Below, one piece after another: positions 17,018-26,000 of a DNA stretch of 27,339 nt; positions within the stretch are counted from its first letter, which is position 1, and each line of letters starts with the position of its first letter. Origin of the DNA: Deinococcales bacterium. Lineage in GTDB: Bacteria > Deinococcota > Deinococci > Deinococcales > JAAFIG01. The stretch covers positions 1 through 27,339 of the forward strand of contig JAYWHB010000357.1 in the NCBI GenBank assembly GCA_043777915.1, written 5' to 3'. Made by a program: the position numbers and the translations under genes. Under the pieces are notes generated by a model. It searched no databases. It was not told the DNA's origin and saw only the letters and a list, made by a program, of their open reading frames with translations.

Positions 17018-17794
17018 ATGTCTCGAGATACCGGTATTTTTAAGGACAATCACTTTTTACTCTTAGCGCCAGCCAATGCGCGAATCCCAAGCGTATTTTC
17101 TCGAGTTGAAGAAAACAAAGATGTACACGAGGCATGGCTGACCAAGCTCCAGCAGTTGCGTGGCAAGGTTTTTTTAGAAGATGGGGCAATTAAAGAAAGT
17201 CATTTAGACGAACAAGGTAGGCACATTTCAAAACATGATGTTCTTTCATGGCATTACTTGGCATTAAGTCCCGAAGAGCAATTGCGTGGTGTAATGCGTT
17301 GCCAAGTTTGGTACACCAGTGAACGTTTGCCTGAGCTTTGTGACCTCAATTTATACGTTCTGCTCGAGCGAATGCAGAATCTCGAGTTGCGCCAAAAATT
17401 CACAACTGCCTTAACTACCTTTATTCACCAGCCCAATGAACAGGCTTGTTTTGTAGAAATATCCGCCTTAGCAGTGGATAAAGCCAGCCAAGGATTCACC
17501 ATTGGTTCAATGCTAGGGGTTTCTGCATACTCGCTTGCCAACATCATAGATGCTTATGCGGGAGTCGGAGCAGGTACAGACCGACACCACACAGCACGGT
17601 TTTACCACAAGCTCGGAGGAATCAGTTTCAGAGACCCAAGTAACCCAGAAGAAATCTTGCCACCGTTTTTTGATACTGGTTACGACTGCCAAATGGACAT
17701 CATGGGATTTATAGACCCAGCCCCTTCAGTTAATGAAATGGTCAGAATTGTAGAAGAAAAACTTTGTGCAGCACAGGTTTATGTCAATCGGTAA
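17018..17794 (+). CDS. GNAT-fold acyltransferase, LuxI/FeeM (N-acyl amino acid synthase)-like
   Basis: 'QLRGKVF...D...D..SWH' LuxI-like N-terminus, 'FVEISALAVDKASQG' acyl-binding strand, 'ARFYHKLG'; RBS AAGGAG 12 nt after the HDO stop. Confidence 0.6.
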   Translation: MSRDTGIFKDNHFLLLAPANARIPSVFSRVEENKDVHEAWLTKLQQLRGKVFLEDGAIKESHLDEQGRHISKHDVLSWHYLALSPEEQLRGVMRCQVWYTSERLPELCDLNLYVLLERMQNLELRQKFTTALTTFIHQPNEQACFVEISALAVDKASQGFTIGSMLGVSAYSLANIIDAYAGVGAGTDRHHTARFYHKLGGISFRDPSNPEEILPPFFDTGYDCQMDIMGFIDPAPSVNEMVRIVEEKLCAAQVYVNR

Positions 17795-17832
17795 CGGCTC
17801 GAGAATTCTAGTTTGAAGTAAAGGAGTTAGAT

Positions 17833-19029
17833 ATGCCAGAATTTGGTGTCACACTAAAATTCCATCCTGATGGTGCATTAGGTATTGGTGCAACGCTTTC
17901 ATTCGATCATGACAGCCTAAAGCCAAAAAGTATTCTATTTCAAGACATAAGAAAACTTTTTCAGAAAACTGATGCTAGGAATCAAGAACAAATCAAAAAA
18001 TTCACTGAAGCTATCCAATTCTCCGCTAAACAATACATATCTCCAAGTGTGGATTTATTTAAGATGCCGACATATCTTAGTGATGTTAAGGAACAAGCAA
18101 GTATTACGGCAGTCATCAGTGGCAAAGGTGGAGTTGGAAAAACAAGTATTGCATTAGGTTTGACCGAATATTACTCGATTAGCGAAAATACCTTATTGGT
18201 CGATTTTGATTTACATAATCGAGGACTGACCTCGAAATTTGGAAAACTGGGTTCAGATACAAGTTCTGTATTGAGTCAGATGCAAAGATTTTCAAAAGAA
18301 ATCTTATCGGACACATTATTTTTCCCTTCAAATCGAAACATTCAAATGCCTGCGGACTTAGAAACATTTGTCAAACTACGGGATAAATTCACTTATCAAT
18401 CAACAGGCATTCTGCATGAGTTGCACAGTGAGTTTTTATACGCAGAAAAACATAGACAAACAGATATTGACGAAACTGGAGTCAGACCAAAAAACTGCTT
18501 TTTCTTACCGAGTCGAAAGCCATCCGAATCTTTTTTGGGTTCACCAGAGTCGGGTTTTGGGTTTGGGGAGGTTGTTCTTTTCTTAAAGTATTTAAGCACT
18601 TTGGCGCACAGACATGGGGTGACAAGAATTATTTTAGACTGTCATGGAGCGCATGATTTATTTATGGTAGGAGCAATTATAGCCGCAGATAATTTAGCTA
18701 TTGTGACCCAAGCAGACTTAGCCGCATTTGAAGGAACAATAGAGCTAGTCAAGTTTACCGAAGCCTTAACAAGCCCTACAAGTCTTGCAAAACGTCAAGG
18801 GATTTTAGTATTCAATGAGTATGACTCCAAAGACGAATTATTGGCTAAAACGCTGTTTAATGCGTTTTATAGTACCCATCCACATGCAGGTACATTTGAA
18901 GATTCACCCAAGATTTTAACGAGTACCACAATGAAAAATATGTTACTTCATTATGCTAGACCTCAAATACTTTGCACAGAAGGTATCAAGGAAGCCATTC
19001 AATCAATCGGTAAAAAGTTTCATCCGTAA
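17833..19029 (+). CDS. ParA/MinD-family P-loop ATPase with N-terminal extension
   Basis: Deviant Walker A 'SGKGGVGKTS', 'LLVDFDLHNRGL', Walker B 'IILDCHG', 'IVTQAD'; RBS AAGGAG. Confidence 0.8.
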   Translation: MPEFGVTLKFHPDGALGIGATLSFDHDSLKPKSILFQDIRKLFQKTDARNQEQIKKFTEAIQFSAKQYISPSVDLFKMPTYLSDVKEQASITAVISGKGGVGKTSIALGLTEYYSISENTLLVDFDLHNRGLTSKFGKLGSDTSSVLSQMQRFSKEILSDTLFFPSNRNIQMPADLETFVKLRDKFTYQSTGILHELHSEFLYAEKHRQTDIDETGVRPKNCFFLPSRKPSESFLGSPESGFGFGEVVLFLKYLSTLAHRHGVTRIILDCHGAHDLFMVGAIIAADNLAIVTQADLAAFEGTIELVKFTEALTSPTSLAKRQGILVFNEYDSKDELLAKTLFNAFYSTHPHAGTFEDSPKILTSTTMKNMLLHYARPQILCTEGIKEAIQSIGKKFHP

Positions 19030-19106
19030 TTGTTGAATTTGCGTCTTACGGAAATGCAATCTATTTTTCTTTTTTCAATATCCGACACTATTTTGGAGGT
19101 TATCTA

Positions 19107-19820
19107 ATGAAAACGAATTCGACACCAAACATGGTTGCCTCTTATTTGAATGTGCGTTTTGCAATAGGAGTTTTGGCAGTATCTTTACCATTCTTGCTAC
19201 TTTTGATTTGCCTAATTTATAGCATTCAAATACAAGAGTCTGTCAGTGCTTTTTATTACGTTCCACAAGCAAGAAATTGGTTTGTTGCAATCCTTTGTTG
19301 TGTTGGCATATTTCTGCTTTGTTATCGTGGTTATCCTGTAGGTCCAAAAATTCCTATTTTGCATAAGTTGAGTGAAACACTACTGCACCGAATTATGGGG
19401 TTTTCGGCTATTGCAGTAGGTATGCTGCCTACTACTCATCCATATTGTAAAACAGAAAAAGGATGTCCTCCGAATTGGAATTGGATAGATACATCCGCCG
19501 CTACACTTCATGTGTTTTTTGCTGTACTTTTATTCTCTTCTATGGCAGTTGTTGCATATTTCTACTTTCCTAATCTTCAATTCAAGACACAGAATTTGAA
19601 GCAGAGAACGCAGGAAAGAAATGGTCACATTTACAGGGCTTGTGGCATGGTTATCTTTTTTGTCGGGATTGTTTGGGGAATTCTAAGGATTGTCAACATA
19701 GAAACTTTGACACTGTTCTGGGTGGAGTTGCTTTGTGTTATTGCCTTTGGTTTTGCATGGCTTGTTAAAAGTCATCTTTCTTTGAAGCAATTTTTAAGCT
19801 CAATAACTCCAAGTCCGTAA
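19107..19820 (+). CDS. Multi-pass membrane protein (DUF998-like)
   Basis: About 6 hydrophobic helices; 'IGVLAVSLPF...SVSAFYY...RNWFVAILCCVGIFLLCYRGY', 'LHVFFAVLLF'; RBS GGAGG. Confidence 0.65.
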   Translation: MKTNSTPNMVASYLNVRFAIGVLAVSLPFLLLLICLIYSIQIQESVSAFYYVPQARNWFVAILCCVGIFLLCYRGYPVGPKIPILHKLSETLLHRIMGFSAIAVGMLPTTHPYCKTEKGCPPNWNWIDTSAATLHVFFAVLLFSSMAVVAYFYFPNLQFKTQNLKQRTQERNGHIYRACGMVIFFVGIVWGILRIVNIETLTLFWVELLCVIAFGFAWLVKSHLSLKQFLSSITPSP

Positions 19821-19920
19821 CCTGAAATTGGGTAATGAAGTGGTAAGCCTGCAATTCAAGTTTTTATTTTTATAGTGTGCTTAACAGAGCTTATTACTCT
19901 TTTGAAAAGAGGTTATTCAA

Positions 19921-20274
19921 ATGGAAAAAGATGAATCAAGGGCGAGAATTTGGAGTCAAAACCTCACAGAAGAAATTGATTTAGAACTACGCAAAGGGAA
20001 ACTTGGTTGGGAAATTAAAAAAATGTTGATTGAAAAAAATCATGATGCGAATGTAGTCAGTGAATTAATCGCTAAAGTGCAGGCAACTCGAAATGAACAA
20101 AATCAGGATTATCAAGAAATTGCTTCAGGTAACGTCGAAAGCGGCTGCTTGTATTTAATTGGAGGTGGTTTATTAAGTATTTTAATGGGTCCAATAGTTT
20201 TTATTGGCTTAATTTCTATGGGACTTCTCCGATTAGGTTTGGGTATCTTTCAGATGACACAAAAGAATAAATAA
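19921..20274 (+). CDS. Hypothetical protein with C-terminal hydrophobic/Gly-rich membrane segment
   Basis: RBS AAGAGG, ATG start, charged N-terminus then 'LYLIGGGLLSILMGPIVFIGLISMGLLRLGLG'. Confidence 0.65.
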   Translation: MEKDESRARIWSQNLTEEIDLELRKGKLGWEIKKMLIEKNHDANVVSELIAKVQATRNEQNQDYQEIASGNVESGCLYLIGGGLLSILMGPIVFIGLISMGLLRLGLGIFQMTQKNK

Positions 20275-20443
20275 ATGTAGTGCTAGTCAAGCCATTCTTT
20301 GACTCGAAATAACAACTGCAAGATGGAGTACATCGTTTTTGAATCGGCTCGCCCAGCAGCTTTGATTGAAAGTTTGTGCAGGCAAATTCAGGAAAAACTC
20401 AAAACCACGCTTGTCTTGGCGCATTAAAACCTTGGAATTTAAC

Positions 20444-21889
20444 ATGGAAAATAACGTTGAACATCTTAAAACTTGGTTTAGAGAATTCTGCTCGGAACGC
20501 ATGGATTTTATGCAGTCCGATGAGCGCCGCACCCTCCCACCGCATTTATTTCTCGAGCTAGGACGCAAAGGATTTTTTGGTCTCGAGGGCGCAGTAGAAC
20601 ATGGTGGTTTAGCCCTGAAACCATCCCAAGCCATTCAGGTTATGGAAACAGTGGCTTCGGTGGATATGTCGGTGGCAACGCTATTATCCGTTCATAACTT
20701 TTTGTCACTTAAGCCCTTGCGTCAGTATGGCTCTGAATCGGTAAAATCCACGCTTCTACCCGATGCCATTAGCGGACGTAGATTGGCTGCCATTGCTGTG
20801 ACCGAACCAAACGCGGGTTCTGACCCAAGGCGTATCGAAACCAGTTTGGTTTCTCGAGATAACAAATTCGTTTTGAATGGCACAAAATCTTGGATTGGGG
20901 CGGGGGCTTGGTCTGGTGTATTGGTCACACTGGCAAGGCATGAACAAGGTTTTACTGCCGTGTGCTTGGATTCAAATACCAAAGGCATTGTGCAGGGACT
21001 CGAGAGCATGACCCTTGGAATGCGTGGTGTGATTCAAAACAGTGTTCATTTCCAAAATGTTCATGTTTGCCAAGAAAATCTGCTTGGGGACGTTGGTAAG
21101 GGCGCGGAGATTATTCAAAACTCGTTTCGTTTCACCCGAATTTCAATTGCTGGTTGTTGCCTCGGGATGATTCGTACTGCTCTAGCGGTTGCCATAAGTT
21201 ACGCCAAGAATCGGAAAGTCTCGACGGGTTTACTGATTAATAATTCGTACAGCACAAGTGTACTCTCGGAAATTCTCGAGAAGTCTGAACAAATTAGTCA
21301 ATTCTTAAATGCCATAGCTCCGATGCTGGACACCGAAGAAACCGTGGATGAATTTGTTTCTTTAGCGGCTAAAATTGTTGTCCCAGAAATACTTTGGACT
21401 GCGTTAGACCAATGCTTGCAGATGCTCGGCGCTAGGGGTTACACCGAAAATAACTTGATTGCCAGAATGCTGCGGGATGCTCGAGTGATGCGAATTTTTG
21501 AAGGACCAACCGAAGCACTGGCTAGTCATCTTGGGCGGTATTATTTGTTGCAACCCGAGAAAATATTTAACTTTTTGGAAGAGCAATTTGGTAAGGAAAA
21601 AAGCACTCAAGCACAATGTTTACTGGAAAAATTTCACTCGAGCATCAAGATTTTTGCACAGGACAAAAATTTCTTACCTGTTTTTATTGGTATGGCAACC
21701 GCACAAGTTATTTTTTTGTACTTCTCGAGCAGCGACCCAAGTTTAGCGATTCAGTTGGAACTCGAGAAGATTGTACTCAAAACGCATTATCTCAGCACCA
21801 AGAAAACCACATCAGACGAGCTTGTACACCAAATTGAATCTGGTTATTTGAAAAACTATGTTGACTCGAGAAAGGAGTTGGTTTTATGA
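20444..21889 (+). CDS. Acyl-CoA/acyl-ACP dehydrogenase
   Basis: 'DERRTLPPH...HGGLAL', 'AIAVTEPNAGSDP', 'LNGTKSWIG', 'LGARGY', catalytic 'IFEGPTE'. Likely start ATG 20444 (track start 20366). Confidence 0.9.
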   Translation: MENNVEHLKTWFREFCSERMDFMQSDERRTLPPHLFLELGRKGFFGLEGAVEHGGLALKPSQAIQVMETVASVDMSVATLLSVHNFLSLKPLRQYGSESVKSTLLPDAISGRRLAAIAVTEPNAGSDPRRIETSLVSRDNKFVLNGTKSWIGAGAWSGVLVTLARHEQGFTAVCLDSNTKGIVQGLESMTLGMRGVIQNSVHFQNVHVCQENLLGDVGKGAEIIQNSFRFTRISIAGCCLGMIRTALAVAISYAKNRKVSTGLLINNSYSTSVLSEILEKSEQISQFLNAIAPMLDTEETVDEFVSLAAKIVVPEILWTALDQCLQMLGARGYTENNLIARMLRDARVMRIFEGPTEALASHLGRYYLLQPEKIFNFLEEQFGKEKSTQAQCLLEKFHSSIKIFAQDKNFLPVFIGMATAQVIFLYFSSSDPSLAIQLELEKIVLKTHYLSTKKTTSDELVHQIESGYLKNYVDSRKELVL

Positions 21890-21952
21890 GTTCAAAGAAG
21901 GGGATGATTTTGAAGCGTATCTTTGTGTCACGCGGTAAGAATAGGTTCTGCG

Positions 21953-22831
21953 ATGCCACCTAATTTGGACGCTCTTGCGGTTCGTTTCCATGACGGCGAT
22001 GTTGATGGGGCGATGGTTGATTTGAGTCTCGGGTTGCGTGACTTTCGCCGCTCAGTGACTCTGGGTGAATGGAAAGAGTACATTGAACGCGCCCGTTCCC
22101 ACCCAATTAGACTCTTGGTTCATCAAGACCCCTTCACTCGTCACTCGTTTATGAAGCCTCGGGGCTATCCAGGCGATGCTGAATTGATTGACCTGATCTA
22201 CCGCCAGCACACGGATGAACCAACGACCAATCTTGGTCAAGCCATCTTTCGGTTCGTTGCTGCCAATCCTGCCCCTGCCGCCGTTCGCAGCCGACGACGG
22301 GTTCTGGCAGATCGTTTGGCGGCGTTGCCTCGAGATTCCGAAGTATTTTCTGTCGCATCAGGACACTTGCGCGAACTGGAAGGGTTAGTAGAGGCGGGCA
22401 ATTCATTTGCACGCTTTATTGCCTTAGATCAAGATCAACGTAGCCTCGCTGTGGTGAACGAGAACTTTGGTCAACTGGGTGTCACAACCCTGTGCGATTC
22501 GGTCATTTCTATTGGTCGGCACGCAGCTACCCTTGGCAGCTTCGACTTTGCTTACTCGGCTGGACTGTTTGATTACTTTGACCAACGTTTGGCTGAGCGG
22601 GTGGCGCGGTCACTGTTTGCGCTGGTCAAGCCGGGCGGGTCGCTACTAATTGCCAACTTTGCCGATGACATCCAAGATGTTGGGTACATGGAATGTTACA
22701 TGGATTGGTGGCTTCAATACCGCACGGTTGGCGATATGCAAAGGTTAGCTGAGGCAGTCGGAGCAATTGGAGAGGTCACTGTTGACCCGACAGGGCAAGT
22801 GCTGTTCGTGGAGGTAAGCCGCAGTGGGTAG
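21953..22831 (+). CDS. Class I SAM-dependent methyltransferase, PhcB-like
   Basis: 'KPRGYPGD..ID.IY' motif, SAM motif 'SVASGHLRE', 'DQD', 'YSAGLFDY', 'LIANF'. Start is ATG 21953 or TTG 21923. Confidence 0.75.
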   Translation: MPPNLDALAVRFHDGDVDGAMVDLSLGLRDFRRSVTLGEWKEYIERARSHPIRLLVHQDPFTRHSFMKPRGYPGDAELIDLIYRQHTDEPTTNLGQAIFRFVAANPAPAAVRSRRRVLADRLAALPRDSEVFSVASGHLRELEGLVEAGNSFARFIALDQDQRSLAVVNENFGQLGVTTLCDSVISIGRHAATLGSFDFAYSAGLFDYFDQRLAERVARSLFALVKPGGSLLIANFADDIQDVGYMECYMDWWLQYRTVGDMQRLAEAVGAIGEVTVDPTGQVLFVEVSRSG

Positions 22832-23080
22832 CGCATGTTAATTTGTCCCTTCATCACTCGAGCCTTCGCGCCTCTGCTCGAGCCAGCCGCCACTTCGAGC
22901 CTAGATTTTCAGGTTTGTTTTTGGTGCGCTTATTCGCCAGTCGCAAATCCAGTGTGTGGGCGTTTGTATGGTGGGTGAAATGCCAGCACAATCCATTTTC
23001 TTCCCTAATTTGTTGTTAAATGAAGGTTTCAATAGTTTTTCATATGGCTTCTCAGGGAAAACGCTTTACAATGCCTGTTG

Positions 23081-26000
23081 ATGCGTCGTTGGTTTGCCAT
23101 TATTGCTGGGATAGTTGTGTTGTTGGGACTGGTGGTCTTTTTGGCTGCGGGTTCACAACCAGCCTTGCGTTTTGCCTTGGCGCAAGCTAAGGCGGCTGGC
23201 TTTGAAATTGATGCCAAGACGCTGCGTGGCAATTTGTTCTTGGGTGTCGAAGCCGTGGATGCCACCGTCAAAAGTGCTTTTATTAACGGCTCTGGGGCTT
23301 CGGTCAAAGCAAAATACAACCTTCTAACATTACTGCAAAAAAAAGAGCTTCGGCTCGAGGCAGCCGTTTCTGGTGGGCGATTAAGTTTTGACCCTGCTGG
23401 CTTGCCACCAGTGCCAGAGGGCGGCGAACCACCACCAATTCATGTTTTCTTGGATTCGGCTGCTTTGTCAGACACGGTTCTCGAGTTTGTTGGCAAGAAC
23501 ATTTTTGTGCCAGACGCGAAGGTCACACTACTCAGCCAAAGTGCGCTGCCAAGTCAGAACGGCAAGACCAGAGGCAATGTGCGGGTCAAGCTCGAGTCCA
23601 AAGACGGTGGCGGCTTTGCCACCGCCTTGTATGAATTTGGCAAGGATTTTGAGCCAAATCTGGTGATTGATACCGAACTCGATGCCTCAGTTGCCAATTA
23701 CTGGTTAAAACCGATTCCAATGGATATTCAGGGCGGCAAGTTGCGTGGCACGGTGCGGGTCACGGCAACCAGTGTGTCGGCAGAGGCGGTTCTCGAGAAT
23801 GGGGCGGTTGAAGTATTGCCCAATCTTGTGGCTTCTAACATCGCTGGTCAGGCTTCGTTTGATACAAACGGCTTGGTCAAAGCCAAATTAACAGGGCAAG
23901 GTTTGGGCGGTAGTCTACAAGCCGATTTTGAACTAGATACCAAGCCTAAACAGGAGTATTGGAAAATTAACGGGAAGCTAGTTCCGCGTTTGGAGCAAAT
24001 CATGAAAACCTTTGCCAATAGCACACCCGGTAAGGGCGCACTCGAGGTGACAGTTTCGGGTGGCGGTTGGCAGAAACTCAAACTTAACGGCACGGTCAAA
24101 GGTTTAGAAACCCTTGAAGCGGCAGGTTTTCCAGTGCAGAATTTGCGTGGCACTTGGCAATTTACTGACCATCTCGAGGCGAGCGCATCGGCAGTCACAA
24201 AAATTGGAATGGATAGCTTAAATGCTGTGGCAGACATCAAAAGTGTTGGTGAAAAAATTGTTATTACCCCAGAATTAACGGGGAATTTTTTGAATGCGCC
24301 GCTCGAGCTAAGTGGGTTAGTAGAAGTGCTGGGCGAAAAAATTGAGATTAACGCAGGTGGCGCAATTTTACGTGGTGATATTGGCGCTAACGTTGACTTA
24401 CAAGGCGAAAAGATTTCTGGGACTGGTAAATTTGGCAGTGTCCAGTTACCACTTCCTAAACCAGTTGTTTCGAGTGTCAACGGCACAGCCAAACTTTCTG
24501 GAACAGTAAATAATTTATTGATTGCAGGTTTTTTGAATCCAGCCAGTCTCGAGATTCCAGCAATTGACTTAAACAACATTTCGGGAGCATATAAACTACG
24601 TTTTAATGGCAAAGCATTGACCGCCGAAGCCAACCTTGCTGACGGTGCAATCGTAGCAAATGGGGCAATTATCAATACCGATGGTACGCCCGCTCGAGGC
24701 AGTGTTTTTGTGCGCGGGCTGCGTTTTGAACCCGGTGGTCAAGCCGATTACAACGCCCAGTATGTACTGAACGGGGCGGGGATTGCTTTAGCAGGGGTGG
24801 CTCGAGGCTACAATCTAAAGTTTGGAGAAGTCAAACTCGATGACCTTACTGGGGTGCTGAGCGTGGCTGTGGGACAAGAAATTCGTGGACGCTGGAATGC
24901 GAGTAAATTACTGGCAACCTTCACCGATAAATCGCTCAATCTGCGCCCTCGAGACTGGCGGGTTCGGGCGGCTGGCGAAACTGCTTTTGTGGGCGGCGAC
25001 ATGACTTTGACCTATGACCAATTAAAAACCAGTGGGAAACTGACTGGCAAAACGCGCTTTGGCACAATCACGGCACTTGGGCAAGGTTCACAAATTGGTT
25101 TGTCGGGCAGGGCAGGTTTTAATGGGCTTCAAGCGGCGCTCAGTGGGGCGTTGCAACTCGAGCCGTTTAATTTGCGTTTGGCGGCAGTGCCACAAAATAA
25201 ATCTCTTGGTGGAAAAATTCTGCTTGAGGCTGACCAAGACTTTCGAGTCAGTGGCAACTTAGAGAGCAATGGGCAGGATTTACAAATTGGTTTTACGAAG
25301 ACTGGTTTAAGCGCCAAGGGCAAACTGGATTTAAGTGCTTTAGTGCCAGTATTCCCAGTTGGTACAAGGGATTTACTAAAAGGCATTGCCGATATAAATA
25401 TTTCCGACTCGAGTGGTACTGGCTTGGTGCGTGGGGTGGTGGCTCGAATTCCGATTGAAGCCCAACTTCGCTCCAACAATCTGCAAATTTCTACCGAGGC
25501 TCGAGTGACAGGTGGGCAATTTGCGGGGGCAACCGTGTCTGGGGCAGTTTTTCCCAGTGTCAATGCTCGAGTGAATTACGCGGGGCTGTCGGCTCGAGTG
25601 CGTGGTTCGTATGACAATCTTGGAATTAACGGCAGTGGTTCGTTGCCAGCTTCGTTATTGTCTGGAACTGGATTATCCTTAGCCAGTAATCAATTTGCTG
25701 TAACTGGACGTTTTCAAAATAATGTACTCACTGCCTCGGGGAAAGTTGGGGCGTTACAAATTCGCAATGCCAAACTCGAGAATGGGGTGCTTGGCGCAGA
25801 TTTTAGCGGGGATTTAGTGGGGACTTACCAAGCAGAACCTTTGCGTTTACAAGGTCTGAACGGCACAATTGAACAACGCGACTCGAGACTGGAAGTTCGT
25901 GCCACGGCAAAAAGCGCTTTGGGGGTATTCAGGGGGAGTCCTATTTCGGCTGGAGGAGTAACAGCGAATTTTAGTCAGCAGAACAATAAAAATATCATTC

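Larger units (their letters stand above)
17804..20300. other. AT-rich, CTCGAG-free insert (putative recently acquired DNA)
   Basis: No CTCGAG between 17804 and 20551 against about 4 per kb elsewhere; visibly AT-richer; three genes unrelated to the flanks. Confidence 0.65.

Noticed and set aside
20287-20634. 115-aa minus-strand ORF
   Set aside because: It overlaps the 5' part of the acyl dehydrogenase on the opposite strand and shows no motif support.
22832-23080. Possible small ORF or transposase remnant between the methyltransferase and tamB-like genes
   Set aside because: Only short interrupted frames without RBS; the resemblance to a transposase tail is too weak to support.
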